Source: Tetramitus jugosus
Lineage: Eukaryota; Protista; Heterolobosea
Direction: 5' to 3'
Length of the DNA stretch: 64,000 bases
Assembly (NCBI GenBank): GCA_937625935.1
Contig: OW569357.1
Coordinates: 1-64,000 of the forward strand
Part shown: in pieces, positions 53,738 to 64,000 of the stretch
Numbering within the stretch: the stretch's first letter is position 1
Layout of the letters: every line of letters begins with the position of its first letter
The notes under the pieces: generated by a model
Told to the model about the DNA's origin: nothing
Seen by the model: only the letters and a program-made list of their open reading frames with translations
Databases searched by the model: none
Translations under genes and position numbers: made by a program

Positions 53738-56700
53738 ATGCTTCTCCCGTGGATTGATGAAATTGGGTTAGTTCCCTCTGATATCGACAAGAACATTCTC
53801 AAAAATTTTCCTCTGAGTGTGAAAAGAGTCGTTGTGTCATCCATTGTTCGCTACTTTCATTCACAGTATCAACATGCCATCTCTCAGTTGAATACCCAGA
53901 ATCATGTCGAATGGGTCATGGAAGTCATTGGTCAGAGCTTTCAGTTGCCTATTGAGGATCATGAGGTGATTGGAATGGCCATTGATATTTATCACAAGTG
54001 GATTTTTAATGAGGCTGATAGACCTGCACCTGTTCAATCCAATTTGCAGTATTTTATTCAGGTATGTCATGTGTTTTATAGCATGCTTTATTATTATTGT
54101 TGGTTGTTGTTGTTGGTTGTTCTTGTTGTTCTTGTTGTTCTTGATATGAAAGAAGCAATGTTTTTTTTTTCAAATCTTCATGATAGCTTATGCTAACACA
54201 CTACATATATCACCATTCATCACACCATGATGTAATCCACTCTACACACACACACAGCAAATCTTTAAACACTTTTCCAACATTTTCCAAAACAGACAAT
54301 CATCAAAGACCAACAAGGACACAAACAACTCCAGCAGCAGCTCTGGCACAGGCAACAACAATAGCAACACACCTGCTCAAACCAAACCCGCCGTACTCAA
54401 AGAACACATCTTCCTCTGTAACAGAGTACTCGATATTTTCTTACAAATGGGAGTGCACGGTGACATGATTGATGAAACGAGTTGGAATCATTTGCTCAAG
54501 ATTCTCATTGGTATCACTGATGCTACGATACGAAGTGTGAACGGATTGGGTGAACTCGTCTATGGTCTGTTGAAGGTGCTATTCGAGTTGTGGTTGTGTT
54601 CGTTGAGTGACGATAAGACCATGTGGGATCACTTGCAAAAGCATTGCATCAGTTGGTGCAAGCACATGGCTACCATCAAACAGTGGAACAGTGTGTGTTT
54701 GGCTTTGACGAAACGAGTGGTTAATTTGTTGTATGGTGCAAGCGAGGGCACTTCTGTCGTGAGAATTGAGTGGAAGGGATTGAATCCAACGAATAACCCG
54801 AGTGCCAATGTGGGAAATCCAACCACTGAGCTCGATTTGCCTGATGAGTACGTGTATTACTCATGGCACATGATGTTATGTAAGTCAAGTCGCTTTTTTT
54901 TTCCTTCACATGTGTGTTGCTTTTTGATCATGTGCTCACACGACATGCAACGTTCATTGAATAGATGTGTTGGGAAATCCAAATCACTTGTTGGATCCAG
55001 AGGTTCACTTGGTTGCCTTCCAAGGTATTCAAAACATTACCAGACACATTGCTTATATTGGTGCAGATCCTCCTCTCAAGAAGATGAAACAAATCAGAGA
55101 AGATTGGAGATTGTGCTATGCACCTGATGGTAACACTATTTTGGACTTTTTCGGACCATGGTTGTTTGAAGCCGCTACTCGTGATGCTCCAGCATTCAAC
55201 GAAGGTAGAGCTGTTGCATTTGCCGCCTTGTGTAGAATATATTGTAGAAAGGGTGGAAGGCCAATGAGTCACCGTAACTTGTCTCTCTTCTATCATGCGC
55301 TACAAATCGGTTTGAAAGACAGTGATATCATTATTTTGAGTGCTATTTTATTGAATTGTTGTAATATATTCAGTTATGAGTTGGAGGGATCTCACATTTT
55401 GATTCCAATTTGTATGGAAACTTGCGAAAAGATTTTGTGCGAGGTATGTTGTTGTTTTTTTGATTGGCATGTAGATGATGTCTCATGTGCAGATTGTTCT
55501 TAATTAACTGTTCTTAATTACTTATCACTTTTTTTTTATTGTTCAATAGGATGGAAAATACCCAGAGTTGCTCAGAAGCGCATGTATCACGTTGGTCAGC
55601 TCCCTGATTTGTTTGCCAAACTATTATGCCGGAAACGCCACAAGCGAACAGAACACAATTTACTTGGAACTCAAGTATCAGGTTCAAACTGTGTTCCAAA
55701 AGGCATTGAAGAAGGAAAAGTCCACCAGAAACTTGCAACAATTGCTCTGGAGTACTAGTGTGTTGATATATGAAGAGATTTACAAGAATGCTGAGGTAGC
55801 ACCTGTTTTTGTCATGGTATTGTTGGATTTGTTGAAAGACAATGCAGCAAAGGCCTTGCGAGAATATGAGGCTGAAGTGTTTGTGACCATTTATGAGGTA
55901 TTCTCTTCGTTGACACCATTGTATCAACAAATTGAGTCATCTGATCCAGATTTCGCACGTCGTATCGTCGATCAATTGGCTTTACAAATTCCAATTCAAG
56001 CAAGCTTGCTCTCAAATAATCAAACAAAGGCCAAGATTGTCGAAGAATCATTGTATTGCATATGTGATTTGATCATGGTTGGTAACGAGCGTATTTTCGG
56101 TAATAAGGAAACTATTACTAAGGTTATTGCTGCAATTGAAGCTGCTTTGAATATTGAACGAAAGATATCTCCTAGCGAGGATACGACCAATATTAAGCTT
56201 GCTGGTGAGTTTGTGTTGAGTCACATGTTGAACCATGCCGGTCACTATCCACCATGTTCAGATTCTACCTCAGCTCAAATTACTTCCTCTGTTAAGGAGA
56301 GTGATGAGGTCTATGATATGAAGTCGCCAGAGGAGAGCGAATATGTTCGATTCTTCGTGTTTGCCGACTTGTTTGTGTTCAGTATTATCGAACAACCAGA
56401 TGAGAAGGATGGCCCTGGTGTCACAATTCTAGTGCGTGATCTCACTGGTAAATACTGTTGGGATGCAAGATTGTTATTCGGTGAAGATCCAGCTCCTTAC
56501 TCTCAACTCTCTGAACTTGGTCGCTTCACCGGCAGTTCCTCAACTGGACTCACAGGACATGTTGAAGAACATGAAAACAATCAAATTCTCATGAAGTTCT
56601 CCAATCCTCCTGAAGTCAGAGAAAGAGACGATGTGGATCTGTTTGAACAATTGATGACTTTGCAAGAGTCTACAGAAACCTCATACTTTGAATCATATCG

Positions 56701-57676
56701 TTCAACTTTCAACGAGTTAGATATCAGTGCTAAGCCACCTGCACTGAAATACAAGTACTCAAGTGAGAATAAGGCTAGTATGTCTCGTTTGCTTCTATCT
56801 CAAATGGGATTCTTGAGTCTCGCAAGTCAAAAGAACTTTGTTCAATTGCATTCCAATATGAAGTTGATGAGAAGTTTGGTTACTTTGGATAAGACTCAAC
56901 CTAGGGACACTCACAAGATTGCTCTTGTCTATGTCGCCAATGGACAGGATGATCAAGTGGAACTGTTCTACAACGAAGATGCTTCCGATCGCTTTAGAAA
57001 CTTCGTGAGAAGCATGACTTGGGAAGTACCACTCAGAAGCCATGACAGTTTTATGGGAGGTTTGGATAAGAATGGATCAACCGGTGAGGCTGGACCATAC
57101 TTCTCTGACTACCGGACTGAAGTCATGTTCCATGTTCCTACCATGATGCCAACGAGTCAAAAGGAACCTCAACAAATTCATAAGAAACGTCACGTTGGTA
57201 ATGACCACGTCAATGTTATCTGGACAGAACACAGCAGAGACTACTTCAAGGGTACTATTATCAGTCAATTCAATTTCATTCATATTGTCATTTATCCAAT
57301 GCAGAGTGGTTTGTACCGAGTTGATGTCCATGTCAAGGAGAAGAATACTCCAATCTTCGGTCCAGTTTGCCATGGTATGATCTTGAGTGAGAGAATTCTT
57401 GGAGATTTGATCCGTTTGACCTCAGTCAACGGTAACAGAATCGTCAGAGGCATGAGTACTGGTTACACGAAGCCTTACATTGCCAGAAAGAAGTTGATCA
57501 ATGAACTTGTCGAAAGATATAAGAGTGACTTGGATACTGATTGGTACTATGGCAGCTTGTTTGTCAACAAGGCCATCTCCAATGACGTTGTGAACAATAG
57601 TGGTGCAGGTGCTCCAAAGAAAGGAAGAGCAAAGAAGGAAACTACTACCACAACAACTCCAAACAAAACCAAGTAG
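53738..57676 (+). CDS. RalGAP-like Rap/Ran-GAP domain protein (introns 54062-54257, 54880-54964, 55444-55549)
   Basis: The N-terminus is RALGAPB-like (VEWVMEVIG..F.LP....I..AIDIY.KW; YAPDGNTIL..FG.WLFEA). The C-terminal GAP domain has THKIALVYV, GGLD, EVMFHV.T.MP and KRHVGND. Confidence 0.88.
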
Positions 57677-57818
57677 TGATCCCAAATCATTGTATACTAC
57701 CAACAACAAATAAACATGAGATAATTATTGCAATCGTGTTTAGAGCCCTCCAACTCGCTCTCCTTCAACTCCGCTATCGAGACGATCAAATTTACACTAA
57801 TTCGCAAGAAGCAGAAGA

Positions 57819-59315
57819 ATGAAGCATCGCATTCACCAATCAGTTGATCTTCATGTTCACATGAACCATGCATCATCAAGCGTTGGAAGTGATTCTTCTT
57901 CCATTGATGTTTCATCATCTCCTCATCCCAGGAGAAATTCGTGGAGAGAAAGAACTTGTGATTGGTTCTCCATCATCCTGTGGTGTTCTGTGGTCCTGTT
58001 GGTCCTGGTTAATATTGGATATTTTGTCAAGATTGTGAATCGAACAAAAGCTTCAATGTCTGTTGTCAAACGGCAAGAAGATAGAGTTCATACCTTGCCT
58101 CGATCAGAGAAGGGTGCAACCAATCCTCTTGCTTCCTTTTTCCCCTACTACATGAACAATCGACATGAGAAGATGACTGTTTATATGAATACGTTCGACA
58201 GAGATAAGTTGCTCAAGATTTGTTTGGAGCACTATGCGAAGCTAACAAGCATTGTCGATCGAGTCATTGTGTCGTGGAACAATATCCACCGACCTCCACC
58301 TGATCCCAAAGAGTACAACCTACCGTTGGATATCGTATTCATCAGGGAAACAGAGGATTCTTTGAACAACAGATTTAAGGCACATGACGATTTAATTAGG
58401 ACTGATGCAGTATTGGCAGTGGATGATGACATTATTATTGCTGCCGAGGACTTAGATTTTGCACTGCGAATGTGGAGATGGTTCCCTGATCAAATCGTTG
58501 GATTTACGGGCTATGCAAGAACTTTTTCTTTCAATACTACGATGAAGGAATGTAGACCCAATACGAAACACAAGGATTACCATTATGGAAACTTTTGTAA
58601 TATCGGATCAAAGAGACGGTTTGTGAACTATGACCCTCTAGACTACATGCTCGTACTGGACAGTGCGGTTATATTTCACAGAAAGTATCTAAAGTTATAC
58701 TCTATTGAGACAGATAATATCGTCAAAAAACATGTGACTGTAACTAGAAACTGTGAAGATATTTCCTTACCATATATCATTGCTCTGCACAGCAAATTGC
58801 CAGCAATCATGATCGATAATTACAAGGATTTGAATCACATGCAGTATCACAATGATCCTGGCAAGCACGTAGGAATAAGTCAAACATCTTCTCATTACGA
58901 TCTTAGAACAAGGTGTTTAAATTTGTATGCTGAGAGAATGTTTAAGAACAGAATGCCTCTGTTTCGAACAACCTTTAAGGTGTCAAGAGTCATGTACTCC
59001 GATGTCAAGTTCAATCCCAGTGCAGCCACCATGCCAATAATGAGAGTGAACAATGAATTCTTGTACAATCCTATTCCCGCTCTTGATCCATCAGTACTTC
59101 AGAACAAGGAAGAATTCACTGAAGAGGAACTCGGAAGAAAAAGGAAGGAAGAAATCATGTACCCACCAAGAGATCGAGAAGAAGTAGCCCAAGCAGAAAC
59201 CAAGAAGTGGAAGGATATATTGGACAAAGATGACTTTTCCAAGATCCGTTCAAAAGAAGCGGAGGGCATCCAAGAGAGGCGCAAAAAGATGAGAAAAGCT
59301 CTTCATTTGGAATGA
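57819..59315 (+). CDS. GT64 family glycosyltransferase (exostosin C-terminal/EXTL2-like), type II membrane
   Basis: TM segment near the N-terminus, then VSWNN, DSLNNRF, IRTDAVLAVDDD, FPDQIVGF, NCEDI and H...R..CLN. Confidence 0.9.
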   Translation: MKHRIHQSVDLHVHMNHASSSVGSDSSSIDVSSSPHPRRNSWRERTCDWFSIILWCSVVLLVLVNIGYFVKIVNRTKASMSVVKRQEDRVHTLPRSEKGATNPLASFFPYYMNNRHEKMTVYMNTFDRDKLLKICLEHYAKLTSIVDRVIVSWNNIHRPPPDPKEYNLPLDIVFIRETEDSLNNRFKAHDDLIRTDAVLAVDDDIIIAAEDLDFALRMWRWFPDQIVGFTGYARTFSFNTTMKECRPNTKHKDYHYGNFCNIGSKRRFVNYDPLDYMLVLDSAVIFHRKYLKLYSIETDNIVKKHVTVTRNCEDISLPYIIALHSKLPAIMIDNYKDLNHMQYHNDPGKHVGISQTSSHYDLRTRCLNLYAERMFKNRMPLFRTTFKVSRVMYSDVKFNPSAATMPIMRVNNEFLYNPIPALDPSVLQNKEEFTEEELGRKRKEEIMYPPRDREEVAQAETKKWKDILDKDDFSKIRSKEAEGIQERRKKMRKALHLE

Positions 59316-59475
59316 GTCATGCTCGGACTTTTCGGAATTTTCCGTTTATCTGTAGATGCATCACAAGTAGATCTACTACTCCTCCAACTGGAACACGAGA
59401 ATCAATTAATGTGTTCCCTCAAAAGCTTAAGACACCAACAAAACGCAAAGAACCTAACAAACAATTTTGAAGAAG

Positions 59476-60624
59476 ATGTCATATCATGGATTCAGAGAGA
59501 TCACATTGTACAGTGTTTACTGTATCTCTAGTGTGTGCATGGTCATATTCAATAAATCTACCATGATTTCCTTTGGTAATCCTCAGTTATTGCTTCTTGC
59601 CCAAATGAGCTGTTCTGTGTTGCTTACTCTGGGTGCCACAAGAATACTAAAGGTCATTCAGGGTCAAGGCAAGCTCGAAAAACGGAGTTACTACACTCAA
59701 ACAGTACCATTGTGTTCACAAAGCAGTAGAGACTCTCTCACTTCCTCTCAAGTGAGATTGAGGAATTTTGAAGAACCTGGGTGTGTGAGCACTTCACAGA
59801 GTCAAGATAGTGATCATGTTATCATCGAGTTGAAGAGTAGCAAAGATCTGAATGTAGCGAAAGCTACATCTTCAGATCTAACCAATTCCACACTCTCCAT
59901 TTTAGAAGAGTACTTTAGAATGAAGACGTGGAAGTGGGATCACCTCTTATTGTGCCTACCAATCTCGCTAACATTTATGGCCATGTTGATTACTAGCTTG
60001 AAAGCATTGGAGAGAGTTACAGTACCAACGGTCGTTGTCTCTAGAAACATGTCGACTCTCATCATCTCCGGATTGGACTACTTCTTCTTTAAACGGAAGA
60101 TTTCAAGTCGCAAAACTCTCTCATTGATCGTGATTTTGGTAGGTGCAATTATATATGGTTATGGAGATATTCACGCAGATACGATGGGCAATGTATGGAT
60201 CGCTGTCAATACTGTGTTCGTCATTTTAAATTCCCTTCTCGAGAAATATGTGGTTGTGACCATTGACCAAACTCCTGTCGGTGTGTCATGCTACCAAAAC
60301 TTGATATCAGCAATATTCTTGACAATCTACCTATTATTCACGGCAGGTGGCTCCAGTACAGAAGACACTCCTGAACAGGTCATCTCGCTCTTTGAAAAGG
60401 TCATGTTCCTTGGAAGTTGCTTATTTGGATTCACTATTAGTATTTCCTACTTCACCCTACAGAAGTTTGCCTCACCCACTAGCATATCAGTTGCAGGAAA
60501 TATGAACAAGTTCCTGTCCGTTCTCGTGGGAGCCATCGTGTTCCACCAGGCACTCACCTATTCTGCCGTATCAGGATTAGTCATTTGCATACTGGGAGGA
60601 CTGTTGTATTCCATCACAGATTAA
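59476..60624 (+). CDS. Nucleotide-sugar transporter (SLC35/GONST, GDP-sugar type)
   Basis: About 10 TM segments, with YCISS..MVIFNK and SPTSISVAGNMNK (GxxNK motif). Confidence 0.88.
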   Translation: MSYHGFREITLYSVYCISSVCMVIFNKSTMISFGNPQLLLLAQMSCSVLLTLGATRILKVIQGQGKLEKRSYYTQTVPLCSQSSRDSLTSSQVRLRNFEEPGCVSTSQSQDSDHVIIELKSSKDLNVAKATSSDLTNSTLSILEEYFRMKTWKWDHLLLCLPISLTFMAMLITSLKALERVTVPTVVVSRNMSTLIISGLDYFFFKRKISSRKTLSLIVILVGAIIYGYGDIHADTMGNVWIAVNTVFVILNSLLEKYVVVTIDQTPVGVSCYQNLISAIFLTIYLLFTAGGSSTEDTPEQVISLFEKVMFLGSCLFGFTISISYFTLQKFASPTSISVAGNMNKFLSVLVGAIVFHQALTYSAVSGLVICILGGLLYSITD

Positions 60625-60654
60625 TGAGTGAGACTTTTTTATTTCTTCAACTCT

Positions 60655-61173
60655 TCAGAGATACATGAGTGAATAGACAAGTGAGCCAAGCCATATGGCA
60701 AGTGGCCCTACGACCAACAAATAAACGCGGTACCAATGAGGTTCCACTTGATTCCTTCTCTTGGACTGATGCTTATAGTCCAAGTAGTAACCAAAACCCA
60801 TGACCAATATCAACAATGCCAAATAGAAGCTCGAAGGCACAATCGAAACAAAGTTTCGTGCCTGATAGGGATCAAACAAGCTAGATACGAAGGATCCAAC
60901 AGCAGCAAACACTGCACTGCACAGCATATTCGCGGCTAGATAGGAATTTGGCAACGGTTTCAGTTTCTTTGCTTGTAATCTCTTCTTTTTTTTGTCCTTT
61001 AGTTTCGCATCGGCTTTGTCCCCTGTGTTGCTCTCTTGTTGTTCAGCAGCAGCATCGATCTGATCGCGCAATTCCTTTGGTGTGATTTTGACCACAGTAA
61101 CAGCAATTCCAGCAGCCATGGTCATGTAGCCAATAAAGATGGCAAACAGGCATTTGGCCAAGTCGGTCATCAT
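60655..61173 (-). CDS. Small membrane protein with about 4 TM segments
   Basis: Four hydrophobic segments in a 172-aa ORF. Confidence 0.7.
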   Translation of the reverse strand: MMTDLAKCLFAIFIGYMTMAAGIAVTVVKITPKELRDQIDAAAEQQESNTGDKADAKLKDKKKKRLQAKKLKPLPNSYLAANMLCSAVFAAVGSFVSSLFDPYQARNFVSIVPSSFYLALLILVMGFGYYLDYKHQSKRRNQVEPHWYRVYLLVVGPLAIWLGSLVYSLMYL

Positions 61174-61538
61174 TTTTGTTATTGTGAATTGTGTTCAAAC
61201 TTCAAAGTTTTTCTCATGACGGACAAAAAGATCTTTGGTTCACAGCACCAATGACAGAACTGGTGAAGTTTCGTTTAATTGAACGGTGCATTGGTTCATT
61301 TGACTGGCATTCAGACACTCGATATGGAGATTCTTCAAATCAAACAGTTATCTGCTCTCAGTGATTCTTGTACCTGTCATAAATAGGGCGTGTACATTGG
61401 TCACATTATCTCCACAAACTCACCCGGTATAATTGGTAGCGAGACTATCGTTTACGATAATTCTGGCGGGAATGACTTGATGAGATACCAAACGAGAGTG
61501 ACACGGCCGAACTGTAAATTACAAGGCAATATCCTGTG

Positions 61539-62342
61539 TTACCGCTGATTGTGATTCATTGCTTCTCCGGACTCTACTCCATTCGACAGACTCTGCTCTT
61601 CCTTCTTACGTGTGAAGAAAAGGAAACAACCTACAGAGACCAAAAACGCTGGAAGGAGGACCAAAACAACAGAAGCAACAATAATGCTTGCATATTTCAC
61701 CCTTTTGTCTCTCTTGCTTTGTTCTCCTTGTACTCCTGATGTACTGTTCGTAACTCTGAGTTGACCTACACCAGAACGCCCACCTCCACAACATAGATCT
61801 CCCTCTGAACAAAGTTTGTTGCCACAAGATGAAGCTGGATCGGAATGAATTTGATCTTCTTTTACAAGCGAACACAAAGTACTCGCGTTCATCCTTGTCA
61901 ATCGGTTTCCAGTTGATATTTGAACAGGAACACTACTGTTCAATGCTGTTCCATCTCCAACTCGACAGTTAGAATTAAAACCCCAAGAATACATGGAACC
62001 ATTGGAATCTATTGCAAGAGAGTGATAGTCACCTGCACGGATCAATACAATTGTCTTTCCAGCAATCGCACCTCCCGATATTAAAACAGGAACGTTTCTG
62101 TTCATTGTTGTTCCATCTCCAAGCTGACCACGTGAATTGTTACCCCAAGAGTACAATGCACCGTCTGAATCGACTACGAGACAATGATCCACACCAGCAC
62201 TCACCATTGAGACATGTTTTCCGAGAAGAGAGATCACTGGATTCAATCGATTGAACGTAGCTGAGCACTGGTGTACTTTCAATCGACAAAAACAATGGAC
62301 AATAAGGTACTGAAAGACTGCGAGTGCTAGAGCAAGTTTCAT
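61539..62342 (-). CDS. Short type I membrane protein with two RCC1 repeats
   Basis: Signal peptide MKLALALAV, two YSWGxN..G..GDGT repeats, a small Cys cluster, a TM segment and a short tail. Confidence 0.72.
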   Translation of the reverse strand: MKLALALAVFQYLIVHCFCRLKVHQCSATFNRLNPVISLLGKHVSMVSAGVDHCLVVDSDGALYSWGNNSRGQLGDGTTMNRNVPVLISGGAIAGKTIVLIRAGDYHSLAIDSNGSMYSWGFNSNCRVGDGTALNSSVPVQISTGNRLTRMNASTLCSLVKEDQIHSDPASSCGNKLCSEGDLCCGGGRSGVGQLRVTNSTSGVQGEQSKRDKRVKYASIIVASVVLVLLPAFLVSVGCFLFFTRKKEEQSLSNGVESGEAMNHNQR

Positions 62343-62582
62343 TAATAGTAATTTGGTATGTATGTAAGGTGTTGTGGCAAAAATTCTGAACGAAAGCAAG
62401 GATTACCATCTAAACTTTTGACATTGGGTAACATTTTCATCGCAAGGGGATTCCTTTTTCGTAATATGGTATGTTTTACGTCGGTGACGGGACATCACAT
62501 TTCATGAAAATGACACACGGGTTTTCATGAAACCCGAATAGAGAGAAGGATTTGGCTTACGTTACTGTTTCGCAACCAAACT

Positions 62583-64000
62583 CTATTTGGATGAGAGGGC
62601 AATGATAGATCGCAACCCATTCTGTTTCCTATTTTCGTGAACAATCTGTGCAGCGTCTCCACTGACTGTCAAGACTGCGTAGGCATGTCTTCGGGTCGTA
62701 TTGTCGCTGCACACGTGGAATCTTAAATCATAATTTAACAGGCAGTTCATACCTAGTGCCTTCGCATGAGCCCTAATCACTGCGTTCGCCTCCATGACTA
62801 ACTCTTGCTGGAAAGCACCAAAGAATTGTGTGTTGTCAGACTCCCTGACAAAGTGTTGGGTAATTTTACCAACAACTCGAATGATACGAGCACCTGCCAC
62901 ATAGGACAGTGGAGTCATTGTCACATAAATGTTGTTCAGCCATTGTGTGTCTTCATCGACTTCGGTACTCTGTGAGATCGCTTTCATGGGGTTATCCACT
63001 ACTGCTTCTTCCATTGGGAACATTAAATCTTGTTCATTGATTGATACAACTTGAACTTTTGGTTGCTGAAATTTTTTTTCAATAAATGTTGGTACGGGCA
63101 TAAATACTTGATTGGGAAGCAGCACTGGATACACACTTTGCAGTGGTATTTTAGGTTGATGTTCAACGTTCAACATGGCCATTGCCTGGAATGTAATCAT
63201 TAATTCTGCCTCATCCGAAAACTGAACATCCGTCGTGATACCATTGACCGACACAGAGTACACGTTACGACTACTGTTGACAAACAATAACAGCTTAAAG
63301 GCAATCGAGCTGTACAAATCGTTGAATACAGCAGATATAAATTGTTGCTCATTCTTCTCTGTTGCTACAATCTTTGATAGATCATATCGCTTTTGCATAA
63401 AGATATTGTGCAGATTTGTGGCTTGGGTGCTGTTGAATCCTTCTGGTGTCGATGTTGACCTCAGATTTGAGAAGGTCACACCTCCAGGCAATACTGGATC
63501 AATAAGAGCAACCATCTTATCCTCATCTGTAACATCATCGATCTCTATCACATCTCCAGTTTCATTCATGAAATCAGTGGTAGCGAATTTATAATCCAAT
63601 TCGTCGTTGTCATCCAGAGAATCACTGTCGTCATCATCCGTGAGAACAGATGAATGTAAAAACTGAGATATCTGTTGTTGCATATCTTGTTTATAGGCAG
63701 CATTCATCTCTGCGAGTTGAACTCGTGCAAGTTGAATCTTTGCTGAATTCTTATTAACTGTAATGTTGAGAGGTGTGGGTTCAGGCAGACAACCCAGATG
63801 AACACCAGTACCTGTAACAGTGGCAACAATATATGAATCATCAACTGCAATATCATATGTTACGTTGAATACTGCATTTACATGATAAATGCGCATCTTG
63901 TGCAGCATTTGCTTGTGTAGATCGTACTCGATGAACGGCAACATTGTGCTGACAACCTTGGCATTACTTTCACCAACTTTGCGACTCTTCGTTCTGCATA
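62583..64000 (-). CDS. C2CD5-like protein, C-terminal part (5' end lies beyond the window)
   Basis: STMLPFIEYDLHKQMLHKM...NAVF and the YbjQ-like end TQHFVRES...EANAVIRAH..ALG.N.LL.Y...V.GDA. The frame is open to the window edge. Confidence 0.78.
   Translation of the reverse strand, partial: CRTKSRKVGESNAKVVSTMLPFIEYDLHKQMLHKMRIYHVNAVFNVTYDIAVDDSYIVATVTGTGVHLGCLPEPTPLNITVNKNSAKIQLARVQLAEMNAAYKQDMQQQISQFLHSSVLTDDDDSDSLDDNDELDYKFATTDFMNETGDVIEIDDVTDEDKMVALIDPVLPGGVTFSNLRSTSTPEGFNSTQATNLHNIFMQKRYDLSKIVATEKNEQQFISAVFNDLYSSIAFKLLLFVNSSRNVYSVSVNGITTDVQFSDEAELMITFQAMAMLNVEHQPKIPLQSVYPVLLPNQVFMPVPTFIEKKFQQPKVQVVSINEQDLMFPMEEAVVDNPMKAISQSTEVDEDTQWLNNIYVTMTPLSYVAGARIIRVVGKITQHFVRESDNTQFFGAFQQELVMEANAVIRAHAKALGMNCLLNYDLRFHVCSDNTTRRHAYAVLTVSGDAAQIVHENRKQNGLRSIIALSSK

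Noticed and set aside
1-64000. rRNA, tRNA or spliceosomal snRNA genes
   Set aside because: No recognisable signature was seen by eye. A tRNAscan-SE or Rfam scan would be needed to exclude them.

Overview
This window is the left end of a chromosome from a gene-dense, intron-poor unicellular eukaryote using the standard genetic code. Most GT-AG introns are 56-106 nt. The telomere motif and gene repertoire suggest a heterolobosean/Naegleria-like protist, which is inference only. The window opens with about 712 bp of (CCCAAA)n telomere and a subtelomeric array of seven palindromic 38-bp units. An approximately 8 kb zone of decaying genes follows (TPR array, MACPF, F-box/LRR). About 20 apparently intact genes come next: RCC1-EGF receptor kinase, PTP, DUF4291, IMP3, WDR37-like, kinesin, HMG-box, subtilisin, P2C ATPase, LSM2, sirtuin, TBCK, DapF, RalGAP-like, GT64, a sugar transporter and C2CD5-like. 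The standout feature is a complete, apparently young 4,860-bp cut-and-paste DNA transposon at 16457-21316. It has perfect 14-bp G9-containing TIRs, an exact 8-bp TSD and asymmetrically spaced subterminal inverted motifs. Its single intact ORF fuses a P-element-type DDE transposase to a C2H2 finger, a DEDDh 3'-5' exonuclease, a CXC cluster and SAP motifs. Other leads are a candidate structured ncRNA at about 28.8-29.1 kb, a CAP_C/WH2-sirtuin fusion, a P2C ATPase with altered ion-binding residues and a Bacteroidetes-like dapF. All family assignments come from motif recognition by eye; no database searches were run.
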